Shown here in pieces: positions 35,483 through 45,431 of a stretch of DNA of 64,000 nucleotides. This stretch comes from Verrucomicrobiota bacterium. GTDB taxonomy: Bacteria; Verrucomicrobiota; Verrucomicrobiia; Limisphaerales; Palsa-1400. The translations under genes and the position numbers were made by a program. The notes beneath the pieces are model-generated. The model worked only from the letters and a program-made list of their open reading frames with translations. It ran no database searches and had not been told where the DNA came from. The DNA lies in NCBI GenBank assembly GCA_049510745.1, contig JBEKYR010000003.1, forward strand, positions 1 to 64,000, in the 5' to 3' direction. The stretch's first letter is position 1, and each line of letters begins with the position of its first letter.

Positions 35483-36190
35483 CTACCGGGGTTCGGGATC
35501 GGAGAGGCCGTTGTTGCCGAATTGCTGGCCGTTGCCCTCCGCGTCCGATGGCGGCGGCTCGGTTGGGGCGGGGGCCTGGCCGGCTTCAGTGGACGGCGGA
35601 ACGGCGCCGGTCTCGGAGGCGCGCGGGTTCCTGGCGCGCTTGGCCCGGGGCAGGGGGCTGAGCATGATGTTGATGCCCTTGCCAATCAGCTTGGCCGGGG
35701 CGTCGGGATGGCCGAAGAGGGTGAGGCACTTGACGAGTTTTTCGACTTGCTGGAAACCAAATTCCTTGTGCGCCATCTCGCGGCCGCGGAAGCGCAAGGT
35801 GACCTTCACCTTCATGTCTTCGCACAGGAAATCAATGGCGTGCTGGAGTTTGACGCCAAAATCGTGCGGGTCGATGTTGGGGCTGAGTTGGATTTCCTTG
35901 ACCTTGTTGGCGTGCTGGTGTTTGCGGGCTTCCTTCTCCTGCTTGGCTTGTTCGTAGCGGAATTTTCCGAAATCGACCAGCCGGCAGACCGGCGGCGTGG
36001 CGTTGGCGGCAATCTCAACCAAATCAACCCCCCTGGCACGGGCCATGCTAATGGCTTCGCCCAAGGGCATGACGCCCAGGTTTTTTTGATCGTCGTCGAT
36101 CACCCGGACTTCGCGGGCACGAATCTTGCCGTTGACACGCGTGAACGAGGCGGGCGGGGAAAAATTACGGGGAGAGAAAGGGCGACTCAA
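35483..36190 (-). CDS. infC: Translation initiation factor IF-3 with Pro-rich C-terminal tail
   Basis: RVNGKIRAREVRVID, DLVEIA...PPVCRLVDFGKFRYE, KEIQL and KVKVTLRFRGRE. TTG start. Confidence 0.96.
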   Translation of the reverse strand: MSRPFSPRNFSPPASFTRVNGKIRAREVRVIDDDQKNLGVMPLGEAISMARARGVDLVEIAANATPPVCRLVDFGKFRYEQAKQEKEARKHQHANKVKEIQLSPNIDPHDFGVKLQHAIDFLCEDMKVKVTLRFRGREMAHKEFGFQQVEKLVKCLTLFGHPDAPAKLIGKGINIMLSPLPRAKRARNPRASETGAVPPSTEAGQAPAPTEPPPSDAEGNGQQFGNNGLSDPEPR

Positions 36191-36410
36191 GAGGCCCTCA
36201 CGGGTTGGAGTATGTTCATGTACGCTTCAACTATTTTTCACCTGCCGGGCATGGCCCGACTAAGGATAGAATAAGCCTGTTTGCGGGGTTTTCGCAAGTC
36301 AAAAATTTGTCACAAAAACCCGCCGTCCCAAAGCGGGGGTTCCCGGAGCCACCCAATATCCGGTCCGGCCGCTTGCCTTTGGCGGCGCGGCCCATTATTT
36401 TCGCGCCTCG

Positions 36411-37625
36411 ATGGCTGATATTTCACCGTTTGCCGCAGTGCGCCCGAAGCCCGAACTGGCGGGCAAGATTTGCGAATTGCCTTATGACGTCATGTCCGCG
36501 GCCGAGGCGCGCGCCCTGGCGCGGGGCAACCCGTGGAGTTTCCTGCGCGTGAGCAAGCCGGAAATCGACCTGCCCGAAGACATCGCTCACGACGACCCGC
36601 GAGTCTATGCCAAGGGCCGCGAACACTTTGCCCGGCTCCTGGCGGAAGGGGCCTTGGCGCGGGATTCCCAGCCGGCGTTCTATTTCTACCGCCAGATCAT
36701 GGGCCGCCACCGCCAAACCGGCCTGGTCGCCGCCGCCAGTTGCGAGGATTATCTCCGCGGCGTCATCAAGAAACACGAACTCACCCGCCCGGACAAGGAA
36801 GACGACCGCGTGCGCCACATCGAGGCGCTCAACGCGCAGACCGGTCCCGTCTTCCTGGTTTATCGCGCCAGCCGACAGATGGACGAGTTGACGGCGGCCC
36901 ACACCGCGCAGGCGCCCGACACCGATTTTACCGCCGCCGACGGCGTGCGGCATACCTCCTGGACGGTGCGCGACGCGGGGGCCATTGCCGCCATCCGCGC
37001 CGCCTTTGCCGCGATGCCGTTTCTGTATATTGCCGACGGCCATCATCGCAGCGCGGCGGCGGCGCGTGTTTATCAAACGCGCCAGGGGGCGGGCGGGAGC
37101 GGCTATTTTCTGAGCGTCATTTTTCCGCACAACCAGACGCAAATTCTTCCCTACAACCGGGTCTTGAAGGAATTGAACGGCCTGAGCGAAGCGCAACTGC
37201 TCGAAAAGATGGGGGCGTTCTTTGTCATCTCGGACGGCGGCCCGCCGCAGCCCGGGGCCAAGCATCAATTGGGCTTTTATCTGGCCGGACGCTGGCGCTC
37301 GCTGCGCTTCCGGCCGGAATTGACGGCGGGCCTGAGCGGGATCGAGGGGCTGGACGTGACGCTGCTGCAGAAGCTGGTGCTGAAACCGGTCTTTGGCATA
37401 GACGACCCGCGCACCAGCCGGCGGATCAACTTCGTCGGCGGCATCCGCGGGGCGGGCGAGCTGGAAAAGCTTGTCAAGACCAAGGAATACGCCTGCGCCT
37501 TCGCGATGTTTCCGACCAGCATCGAGGACCTGATGGCGATTGCCGACGCCGGGGGCCTCATGCCGCCCAAGAGCACGTGGTTCGAGCCAAAGCTGCGCGA
37601 CGCGATGTTTTGTAACGTGATTTAA
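36411..37625 (+). CDS. DUF1015 family protein
   Basis: Motifs LPYDVM, IKKHELTRPDKEDDR, YIADGHHRSAAA and MPPKSTWFEPKLR. Confidence 0.9.
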   Translation: MADISPFAAVRPKPELAGKICELPYDVMSAAEARALARGNPWSFLRVSKPEIDLPEDIAHDDPRVYAKGREHFARLLAEGALARDSQPAFYFYRQIMGRHRQTGLVAAASCEDYLRGVIKKHELTRPDKEDDRVRHIEALNAQTGPVFLVYRASRQMDELTAAHTAQAPDTDFTAADGVRHTSWTVRDAGAIAAIRAAFAAMPFLYIADGHHRSAAAARVYQTRQGAGGSGYFLSVIFPHNQTQILPYNRVLKELNGLSEAQLLEKMGAFFVISDGGPPQPGAKHQLGFYLAGRWRSLRFRPELTAGLSGIEGLDVTLLQKLVLKPVFGIDDPRTSRRINFVGGIRGAGELEKLVKTKEYACAFAMFPTSIEDLMAIADAGGLMPPKSTWFEPKLRDAMFCNVI

Positions 37626-37626
37626 G

Positions 37627-40434
37627 TCACAAATGAGGCAGCGCCCCGGCCAGCACTTCCGCCAGATGGAGCGGGTGGCACTCGGAAAGGTGTTCGATCT
37701 GGTGGCGGCAACTGGCGCCGGAGGCGGCCACAATCGTTCCCGCCGGTTGGGCGGCGAGGCGCGCCAGCAACGGTTGCGCGACCTGGAGCGACAATTCGTA
37801 TTTGTCCGCCAACGCGCCGAAGGCCCCGGCCATCCCGCAGCAGCCGGTGTCGAGCACTTGGGCCGTCCGCCCCGGCAGCCGCTCGGCCAGGCGCTTCATA
37901 AAATTGGTGTTGACGAGCGATTTGGCGTGGCAATGGGCGTGGATGGCGACCGTTTGCCGCGCCGCCTGAAAGGCGATGGCCCCCGGTTCGCGCGCCAGCA
38001 GGTTCTCCACAAATTCCTCGAAAAGGAAACAGCGTCCCCGGACTTTTTCCGCGCCGGGCAGCTTCAATTCCAGGTAATCCTCCACGAACATCGAGTAGCA
38101 GGAGGGTTCCAGGAAAAGGATCGGCGCGGAGGAATCCGGCGCTGTCAATAATTGCAGATTGTGGCGGCCCAACGCCGCCGCCTGGTCCAGGCAGCCCTGG
38201 CTGAAGGCCGGGCGCCCGCAACACTTTCGCCCGACGGCCAGCGCCACGGAAAATCCCGCCGCCTCCAGCACCGCCACCGCCGCCCGCCCAATCCGCGGCT
38301 CGTGGTAGCGCACAAAGGTGTCGTCCCAAAGAATCACCGGCCCGCGCGCCGCGCCGCGCCGGGCCGGGCGCCGGGCAAACCAGCGGTCAAATCGCTCCGG
38401 CGCGTAGGGCGGCAACGGACGGCGCGCGGAGATGCCCAGGGCGCTTTCCATCCAGCGGCGCAGCGGCGGCGTTGACAGCAGACGATTGGCCACCGACGGC
38501 GCCACGCAACCGAGCCGGCCCATTAGATCCACCGCGCTGAAGAGCCGTTCCCGCGCGGAAATTCCATGGCGCCGGTGGCGCGCGTGCAACAGCTCGGCTT
38601 TGAGCAGGGCGAGATTGACATTGGACGGGCACTCGGTGGTGCAGGCTTTGCAGGAGAGACAATTGCCCAGGGCCGCCTCCATTTCCGCGCCGCGCAACGG
38701 ATCGGATGTCCCCCGCAATTCCAGCGCCGCCCGGATGGCGTTGGCGCGGCCGCGCGTGGACATGATTTCCTCCCAGGTGGCCGGAAAGGTCGGGCACATG
38801 GTGGGCGTTTCTTTGCGACAGCCGCCGCAGCCGTTGCACTGTTCAAGGTTGGCGGTGAAGGAGCCGTCCTTGGCGGCGAACGCCAGGACGGGGGCAAAGG
38901 GCAACTCCAGCGGGCGGTCCGGCGGCTGGCGCAGCCGGGTGTCGATCTTCCACCGGCCATCGGCAATGATCTTCCCCGGATTGAAGCGGTTGGCGGGGTC
39001 AAACATATCTTTTATCCCGCGCATCAAGTCCAGCAGGCTCGGGCCAATCTGCCCGGCCAGGTACTCGGTGCGGGCGATGCCCACGCCGTGTTCGGCCGCC
39101 AGCGAGCCTTTGAACTGCCGCACCAGCGCCGCCACCTCATCGGCCACCTCGCGGAATTTTTTCAAATCGCCCGGCTGCAGCAAGTTCAGCACCGGGCGCA
39201 CGTGCAAGAGGCCGGCGGCGGCGTGGCCGTAAAAGGAGGCCTCGATTTGCCGCGCCCGCAAAATCCGCGACAGCCCCGCGACGTAGTCCGGCAACTGGCG
39301 GGGATCGACGGCGGTGTCCTCGATGCCGGTGGCCGGTTTGGCGTCCCCTTTGCAGCCTGTCAACAAGGACAAGCCGGCCTGGCGCATGGCCCAGACGCAA
39401 GCCATGTCCGGGGCGTCCCGCAGGAGCAGCGCGCGCCGGCCGAGTTTTTTGCGGGAGACGGCTTCGAGGCGGCCGCCGTCGTCGTCAAAGAACTCGACCA
39501 GCAGGAGCGATGGGCAGGGGTGGGCGTCCAGTTCGAGCAAATCGCGCGCCGCCTTGAACTGCAACTGGCCGCGGGTCTGGTCGAAGAGCACCTGGTCCAC
39601 GTGCTCGATGGCGGCGGGCTGGAGATCGAGCAACTCGACCGTCGCGCGCATCGCCTCGGCGACGGAGGCGAAAAAGATCACGGCCAGACTCTTGCGCCGG
39701 GGCAGCGGCACAATCTTCAACTCGGCGGAAAGGACGGCGGCCAGGGTGCCCTCGCTGCCGGCCAGCAAATGACTGGCGTTGGGGTCGCGCAAATAGCGGT
39801 CCACGCCGTAGCCCGGCCAGCGTTTGAGGAGGCGGGCGGGCATGCGGCCGGCAATTTCATCCGCGGCGGCGGCAACCATTCTGGCCAGTTCGGGCCGCGG
39901 CTCCCGGCTCAGGGTTTCGATCCGCCCGTCGGCTCTCACGACTTCGAGCGAGCGGACATGATCGGCGGTGCAGCCATAAACCGGAACGTGGGCGCCGGAG
40001 GAATTATTGGCGATCATCCCGCCCAGGGTCGCGCGCGAACTGGTCGCCACGTCCGGCCCGAAGCCATAGCCGTGCGGCTTCAAAAAGGCGTTCAACTGAT
40101 CGAGCACGACGCCCGCGCCCGCGCGCACGGTTTGTTGTTCGAGGTCCAGCCCGGTGATGCGGCGGTTGAAGCGGGCGAAATCGAGAATCAACCCGTCGCC
40201 AATCGCGCCGCCGGCCAGTCCGCTGCCGGCTCCGCGCGGAGTCAACGAGATTTCCGCTTCCGCCGCCGCGGTGATGGCCGCGGCCGCCTGCCGGGCGTCG
40301 CGCGGAAACGCCACCGCCGCGGGTTCCACCTGGTAAATCGAGGCGTCGGTGGCGTAAAGCTGGCGGGTCAGATTGTCGAAGGCGATGTCGCAGCCGGCTT
40401 TTTCGAGGAGGGCGCGTTGGCGGGCGGAGAGCAT
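37627..40434 (-). CDS. FAD-binding / Fe-S oxidoreductase (GlcD-GlcF fusion, YdiJ / D-2-hydroxyacid dehydrogenase-like)
   Basis: YATDASIY, RGAGSGLAG, GSEGTL, AEHGVG, CNGCGGC and CLSCKAC ferredoxin motifs, and two CCG domains. Confidence 0.92.
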   Translation of the reverse strand: MLSARQRALLEKAGCDIAFDNLTRQLYATDASIYQVEPAAVAFPRDARQAAAAITAAAEAEISLTPRGAGSGLAGGAIGDGLILDFARFNRRITGLDLEQQTVRAGAGVVLDQLNAFLKPHGYGFGPDVATSSRATLGGMIANNSSGAHVPVYGCTADHVRSLEVVRADGRIETLSREPRPELARMVAAAADEIAGRMPARLLKRWPGYGVDRYLRDPNASHLLAGSEGTLAAVLSAELKIVPLPRRKSLAVIFFASVAEAMRATVELLDLQPAAIEHVDQVLFDQTRGQLQFKAARDLLELDAHPCPSLLLVEFFDDDGGRLEAVSRKKLGRRALLLRDAPDMACVWAMRQAGLSLLTGCKGDAKPATGIEDTAVDPRQLPDYVAGLSRILRARQIEASFYGHAAAGLLHVRPVLNLLQPGDLKKFREVADEVAALVRQFKGSLAAEHGVGIARTEYLAGQIGPSLLDLMRGIKDMFDPANRFNPGKIIADGRWKIDTRLRQPPDRPLELPFAPVLAFAAKDGSFTANLEQCNGCGGCRKETPTMCPTFPATWEEIMSTRGRANAIRAALELRGTSDPLRGAEMEAALGNCLSCKACTTECPSNVNLALLKAELLHARHRRHGISARERLFSAVDLMGRLGCVAPSVANRLLSTPPLRRWMESALGISARRPLPPYAPERFDRWFARRPARRGAARGPVILWDDTFVRYHEPRIGRAAVAVLEAAGFSVALAVGRKCCGRPAFSQGCLDQAAALGRHNLQLLTAPDSSAPILFLEPSCYSMFVEDYLELKLPGAEKVRGRCFLFEEFVENLLAREPGAIAFQAARQTVAIHAHCHAKSLVNTNFMKRLAERLPGRTAQVLDTGCCGMAGAFGALADKYELSLQVAQPLLARLAAQPAGTIVAASGASCRHQIEHLSECHPLHLAEVLAGALPHL

Positions 40435-40443
40435 CGCGTGGCC

Positions 40444-41337
40444 TCACGCGCCGGGCGCCAGGCGCAGGTTGCGCAGGACTTGCGCCGTCGAGCGCGCTTT
40501 GTTCAGGGTGTAAAAGTGCAAGCCGGGCGCGCCGCCGCGCAGGAGTTCCTCGCATTGCCGGGTGGCGTATTCGATGCCGAACTCCGCGCAGGCTTCGTCG
40601 TTCTCGACGTATTTCTCCAGGCTGGCCAGCAAGGGCGCCGGCAGCGCCGCCCCGCACAGGGCGGTGAACCGTTGGATCTGGGAGGCGCTCAAAATCGGGA
40701 TGATTCCGGGGCAGACCGGCACGGTCACGCCCTTCTTGGACAGGTAATCGCGAAAGCGGAAGAAATCCGCGTTGTTGAAAAAAAGCTGCGTCAAGACGAA
40801 ATCCACCCCGGCGTCGATCTTCGCCTTCAGGCGGTCCCAGTCCACCTCGCGCCCTTCCTTGCAGGCGACGTGCCCTTCCGGGAAGCCGGCGGCGCCCACG
40901 CAAAAGCCGCCCATTTCGCGGATGAACCGGACCAGTTGCCAGGAAAACTCGAAGCCGCCGGCGGCGGGTTTGAAGCCGCCGCCGCCCGGCGGATCCCCGC
41001 GCAGGGCAAGGATATTCCGGATGCCCAGTTCCCGCGCCTGGAGCAGCACCGCGCGCAATTCGTCCGCCGTGGCGTTGACACACGTCAGATGCAGCATGGC
41101 GGTGAGTTGGTGCCGGCGCTGGATGCGATCGACGATCATAAGCGTCTTCTCGCGCGTGCCGCCGCCGGCGCCGTAAGTCACCGAGCAATAGTCCGGCCCC
41201 AGTTGTTTGAGGGCGGGAATGGTTTTTTCCAAAAGAGTGCGGTCACCCTCGTCGGTTTTGGGCGGAAAAAACTCGAAGGAGACGACCGGCTGGCGCAAGG
41301 CCGCCTTTTTCGCATGAATGTCCCGGATCAATTGCAT
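40444..41337 (-). CDS. metF: 5,10-methylenetetrahydrofolate reductase
   Basis: Motifs SFEFFPPK, SVTYGAGG, HLTC, LALRGDPP, TQLFF and GLHFYTLN. Confidence 0.96.
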   Translation of the reverse strand: MQLIRDIHAKKAALRQPVVSFEFFPPKTDEGDRTLLEKTIPALKQLGPDYCSVTYGAGGGTREKTLMIVDRIQRRHQLTAMLHLTCVNATADELRAVLLQARELGIRNILALRGDPPGGGGFKPAAGGFEFSWQLVRFIREMGGFCVGAAGFPEGHVACKEGREVDWDRLKAKIDAGVDFVLTQLFFNNADFFRFRDYLSKKGVTVPVCPGIIPILSASQIQRFTALCGAALPAPLLASLEKYVENDEACAEFGIEYATRQCEELLRGGAPGLHFYTLNKARSTAQVLRNLRLAPGA

Positions 41338-41342
41338 GGGGC

Positions 41343-41371
41343 AGAGTAAGTGGAAGCCGGACTAAAGGCAA
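41343..41371 (-). promoter_or_regulatory. Sigma70 promoter of metF (leaderless geometry)
   Basis: TTGCCT-17-TACTCT, with the ATG 5 nt downstream. Confidence 0.6.
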
Positions 41372-41565
41372 ATAGTGGAATCAGTTTGGCGGATTTCAGG
41401 GTTTGAATTTTTTTTCGGAAAATCGTTGCCAAAGCAACGGTTTGGCTTACACTCCCTTCCCGATGGTCGGAACATTCCGGTCGGACGTGAAAAAATTGAC
41501 CATTTCATTCCTCCACGTTTGGCCGGGGAAAGCGGCAGCATAAAGGCTGCGGCAATGTCGTGTGG

Positions 41566-42276
41566 ATGAGCGTTCCCGTTTGCTTTTTTGCGGAGACCCA
41601 GTTGCAATTCGTATGGGGCCGGGCCACTATCGAGGCCCGCTTCATCATCTTTTTCCTCATCATCTTCTCCATCTTCGCCTGGTACATGATGGTGTCCAAG
41701 GGGCTGCAGATGCTCCGCGCCAAAAGGCTCAACCAACACTTCGAGTTCGAGTTTCGGCCGCAGAAACATGTCCTGGCCATCTTCGACCGCCGCCTGGAGG
41801 TCTCCGGCTGCCCGATGTTCGCCGTCTATCAGGAGGGGTGCGTGGAGTTGGACGCGCGCCTCAGACAGGACAACGGCGAGGTCCGCCGCAACTGGGTCTC
41901 GCTCAAGAGCATGGAACATATCAAGCGCACCCTGGAAGGGGCCGTGGCCCGCGAGTGCCTCAAATTGGAATCGGGCCTGATCCTTCTGGCCATCGCCGTC
42001 AGTGGCGCTCCTTTTCTGGGCCTGCTCGGCACGGTCTGGGGCGTGATGGACACCTTTGCGCAAGTCGGCCAGATGGGGCGGGCGGACTTGCCCACCATGG
42101 CGCCGGGCGTGTCGGCCGCCTTGATCACGACCGTCGCCGGTTTGTTGGTGGCCATTCCGTCGATGTTCGGCTACAACTGGCTGGTGCATACCTTGCGCGT
42201 GCGAACGGTGGAGTTGGACAATTTTGCGCAGGATTTGGTGTCGAAGATGGAAACGGAGTATTTGAAGGAAGAATGA
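41566..42276 (+). CDS. tolQ: MotA/TolQ/ExbB proton channel protein
   Basis: APFLGLLGTVWGVM and APGVSAALITTVAGLLVAIP. First gene of the tol-pal cluster. Confidence 0.9.
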   Translation: MSVPVCFFAETQLQFVWGRATIEARFIIFFLIIFSIFAWYMMVSKGLQMLRAKRLNQHFEFEFRPQKHVLAIFDRRLEVSGCPMFAVYQEGCVELDARLRQDNGEVRRNWVSLKSMEHIKRTLEGAVARECLKLESGLILLAIAVSGAPFLGLLGTVWGVMDTFAQVGQMGRADLPTMAPGVSAALITTVAGLLVAIPSMFGYNWLVHTLRVRTVELDNFAQDLVSKMETEYLKEE

Positions 42277-42698
42277 GGCGCTTTTCCCAACGCAATTCGC
42301 TGGTGACGCTCAACGAGATCAACATCACGCCGCTGCTGGACCTGGCGTTTGTGCTCTTGATCATCTTCATCATCACCCGGCCCTTGCTGGAGGGAAGCGT
42401 CGATATGCAATTGCCGCAAAACATGGGCAAGCCCGACACGCGCAACATCGACCGCCACAATATCCGGGTGGTGGAAATCAGCCCGCGCGGCGAATACTGG
42501 CTGCAAGGCCGGCGCCTCTCGCTGGCGCAGTTGGAGGGGGAACTGGCGCGCACCCACCGCGAAAACCCAAGGCTCATCGTCGATATCCGCGCCGACAAAC
42601 GCACCCAATGGGACTATGTCATCGCCGTGATTGACTCCTGTTTGCGCAACAGCATCACCCAGTTTTCGGCGCGCACCGCGCCCACCCAGCACCCATGA
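42273..42698 (+). CDS. tolR: ExbD/TolR protein
   Basis: EINITPLLDLAFVLLIIFII and IRADK. ATGA overlap with tolQ. Confidence 0.9.
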   Translation: MRRFSQRNSLVTLNEINITPLLDLAFVLLIIFIITRPLLEGSVDMQLPQNMGKPDTRNIDRHNIRVVEISPRGEYWLQGRRLSLAQLEGELARTHRENPRLIVDIRADKRTQWDYVIAVIDSCLRNSITQFSARTAPTQHP

Positions 42699-43564
42699 CG
42701 CGCCTGCAAAAAAAGTGTTTCGTCTTTTCCGTCGGCCTCCACGGCCTGCTGGCGGCGATTATCATTTTCAGCGCCGGCTTCCGCACCCGGCCCGCGGAGA
42801 CCGGCCTGGAGGTTCTTTCCATCATCCCGGCCAACATCCTGGACCGCGCCGGTGCCCGCGGCGGCACACCGGCGGCCGTTCCGCCCCGGCCGCAGGAGCC
42901 AATCATGCGGACTGAAGTCGTCGGCCGCGTCGAACATGCCAAGCCCAAGGAAGAAGAGCAGGAGGTCCGCCCCCTGCCAGCGCCGAAGCGCATTGAAACC
43001 CCGGTTGCGCAACGTGAAACCCCGGTCGCAAAGCCCTCCGCCAAGCCCACCCCGCGGCACGAAATCCACCCCTCCTACACCCCCGCCACAGGCGTGACGA
43101 ACAACAAAAAAACGACCGAGACCACCGAAGCGGCCCAATCCGCCTCCGCGGCTGAAGCCAAGCGGCTCAGACAGGTGGAGCAGTCTCTTTCCCAGTTATC
43201 GTCCGTCGTGCAAAGCAGCGCCGCGGAGAAAACGACCGTCGATGTTCCGGGAATTGGCGGCGGAGGGGAGGTTTTTGCCGGTTACAACGAAGTCGTCAAG
43301 AGCATCTATTACCGCGCCTGGATCACCCAGGACAGCGTGGCGGACCGGGTGGCCGCCCCGGTGGCCCGCATCGTCGTGGCCCGCGATGGCACGATCGTTT
43401 CGGCGGAATTGGTCACCCCTTCGGGCGACGATTCGCTGGACAAATCCGTGGACCGGGCGTTGCGGAGGGTGACCAAGTTGCCGCCTTTCCCCGCCGGCGC
43501 GCATGACGAGGAACGGACTTTTCGGATACGATTCAGTTTGGACGTCAAGAAAGCATCGGGATGA
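42695..43564 (+). CDS. TolA/TonB family protein
   Basis: N-terminal TM with SVGLH motif, Pro/Lys-rich linker, and C-terminal VARDGTI...SGDDSLDKSV TonB/TolA domain. Confidence 0.85.
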   Translation: MTRLQKKCFVFSVGLHGLLAAIIIFSAGFRTRPAETGLEVLSIIPANILDRAGARGGTPAAVPPRPQEPIMRTEVVGRVEHAKPKEEEQEVRPLPAPKRIETPVAQRETPVAKPSAKPTPRHEIHPSYTPATGVTNNKKTTETTEAAQSASAAEAKRLRQVEQSLSQLSSVVQSSAAEKTTVDVPGIGGGGEVFAGYNEVVKSIYYRAWITQDSVADRVAAPVARIVVARDGTIVSAELVTPSGDDSLDKSVDRALRRVTKLPPFPAGAHDEERTFRIRFSLDVKKASG

Positions 43565-44718
43565 GCACGAAATTCAAAGGAATTATCACCATAATAACGA
43601 CGGCCCTCTGCGCGATGAGCGCGCTGGCGGACGAAGTTCTTGATATTCACAAGGAGGCGGCCCGATTGATCCGCGTTTCGGTCAGCGGGTTCAGCGGGGA
43701 AGCCGATTCCGTCTTGAAATTCGACCTTTCCGTCCTGGGCATGGAGATCACGCCGCCCGAGAACGCGGAATATCTGGTCAGCGGCCGCGAAAATGGCCGG
43801 ATCGAGGGCAGCCTGAGCGCGGCCGGCAACAGCCGCCCCTTGTGGACGCGGGCCTACGCCGGCGGCGCGCCCCGCTCGCAAGCCCACGCCTTCGCCGACG
43901 ACATCGTGAAGGAGATACGGCAAACGCTGCCGATCTTCCAGGGCCGGATCGCTTTTCGCCTACAGTCGGGGAGCGCGACGGAGATTTGCGTGTCCGATTT
44001 CGACGGGTTTAATCCCGTGGTGCTGACCCATGACGGCGCGCTGGTCAACGGCCCCTCCTGGGCGCCAGGCGGACACGTATTGTTTTACACCTCCTGGAAG
44101 AACGGCGGCACGGAAATCCTGGAACACAACCTCGCCGCCGGCTCGCGCCGCGTTTTCGCCGGCTTTCCGGGGGCGGACCTCAGCCCCGAAGTTTCGCCCG
44201 ACGGCCAAAAAGTGGCGATGATTTTGAGCAAAGGGGGCAGCCCCAACTTGTATGTGTGCGACAGGGACGGCGGCAACCTCAGACAGTTGACGCGCACCCG
44301 CGACGAGGATTCCTCCCCAACCTGGTCGCCGGACAGCCGGAAGATTTGCTTTGTCTGCCGGAGCGGACGGGCGGGGTTGCAGACGATCAGCGTCGAGGGC
44401 GGGCTGGCGCAGCCCCTCCGGGCGGCGGGCGTTTACAACAACCTCACCTCGCCGGACTGGTCGCCCGACGGCCAGAAGATCGCCTTCACCAGCGGCAGCG
44501 TCAGTTTCACCATTTGCGTGATGCCCGCCGAGGGGGGCGAAGCGCAGAAATTAGTTGCGGGAGAAGACCCGTGCTGGGCGCCCAATTCCCGCACGATCCT
44601 CTTCACCCGCCGGGCAAATAACAAACGAATCCTATGTTTGCTTGACGTACCCACCAAACACGTCAAGGATGTCAGGCAACTTTCGGGAAGCTGTTCGGAG
44701 CCTTCGTGGGCAAGGTGA
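43561..44718 (+). CDS. tolB: TolB beta-propeller protein
   Basis: Signal peptide, AHAFADDIV, repeated P.WSPDG (PD40) motifs, and operon position. Confidence 0.9.
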   Translation: MSTKFKGIITIITTALCAMSALADEVLDIHKEAARLIRVSVSGFSGEADSVLKFDLSVLGMEITPPENAEYLVSGRENGRIEGSLSAAGNSRPLWTRAYAGGAPRSQAHAFADDIVKEIRQTLPIFQGRIAFRLQSGSATEICVSDFDGFNPVVLTHDGALVNGPSWAPGGHVLFYTSWKNGGTEILEHNLAAGSRRVFAGFPGADLSPEVSPDGQKVAMILSKGGSPNLYVCDRDGGNLRQLTRTRDEDSSPTWSPDSRKICFVCRSGRAGLQTISVEGGLAQPLRAAGVYNNLTSPDWSPDGQKIAFTSGSVSFTICVMPAEGGEAQKLVAGEDPCWAPNSRTILFTRRANNKRILCLLDVPTKHVKDVRQLSGSCSEPSWAR

Positions 44719-44750
44719 ACAACGGCTTTCCTGTCAACGAATTGAGAAAG

Positions 44751-45353
44751 ATGAAAAAACAAAATTTAGTCGCAACGTTCGTTCTAAGCATCGGTTTGCT
44801 GGCCAGTGTCACCGGTTGTCAGCACAAACCCGTCAACACGACCCAGATTCCCGAGGTCCGCAACAAGCCGGCCGTCAACACGCCTCCCTCCGAAGATCAT
44901 ACCGGGACGCTCCCCAACCCCAATCCCGTGGAAGTCTCGCCCCTGGCGGAGAATTACGGCCCCTACACCAATCTCTTTGATAACCCGCACAACGAAGACC
45001 GGGAGAAATTCAAAGCCGACACCATCTATTTCGAATTTGACAGCGCGACCATCAAGGCGTCGGAAGAGGCCAAACTCCAGGATCTGGCCGCGTATTTCAA
45101 AGGCAACGAGAAGCGCGAGGCGCTGGTTGTGGAAGGCAACTGCGACGAGCGCGGCACGGAGAAATACAACCTTTCCCTTGGGGAACGCCGCGCCCTGGCC
45201 GCGCGCGAATACCTCGGCAACCTGGGGGTCGATGTCCACCGCATCAAGACCGTCACGTTCGGCGCCGCCATGCCCGTTGAAGCCGGCCACAACGAGGCCG
45301 CCTGGAAGAAAAACCGCCGCGACGATTTCGTACTGATAACGCCCAAACAATAA
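44751..45353 (+). CDS. pal: Peptidoglycan-associated lipoprotein (OmpA family)
   Basis: Lipobox VTGC, IYFEFDS, EGNCDERGTEKYNLSLGERRA and KNRR. Confidence 0.93.
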   Translation: MKKQNLVATFVLSIGLLASVTGCQHKPVNTTQIPEVRNKPAVNTPPSEDHTGTLPNPNPVEVSPLAENYGPYTNLFDNPHNEDREKFKADTIYFEFDSATIKASEEAKLQDLAAYFKGNEKREALVVEGNCDERGTEKYNLSLGERRALAAREYLGNLGVDVHRIKTVTFGAAMPVEAGHNEAAWKKNRRDDFVLITPKQ

Positions 45354-45431
45354 GTTTGGGCGGCAAGGCGCCGGCCGCGCCGGCCGCGGAAATGGGCTTG
45401 CATTGCGCGCCCGCAGAGACGAAAACTTTCC

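Noticed and set aside
38566..41349. 927-aa plus-strand ORF, and similar long ORFs such as 48864-51026(-), 32769-34652(-), 6588-7868(+) and 36423-37733(-)
   Set aside because: These are antisense shadows of well-supported genes, expected in high-GC DNA, and carry no recognisable motifs.
41338..41560. SAM riboswitch upstream of metF
   Set aside because: No SAM-I/II consensus was seen, and promoter geometry leaves no leader.
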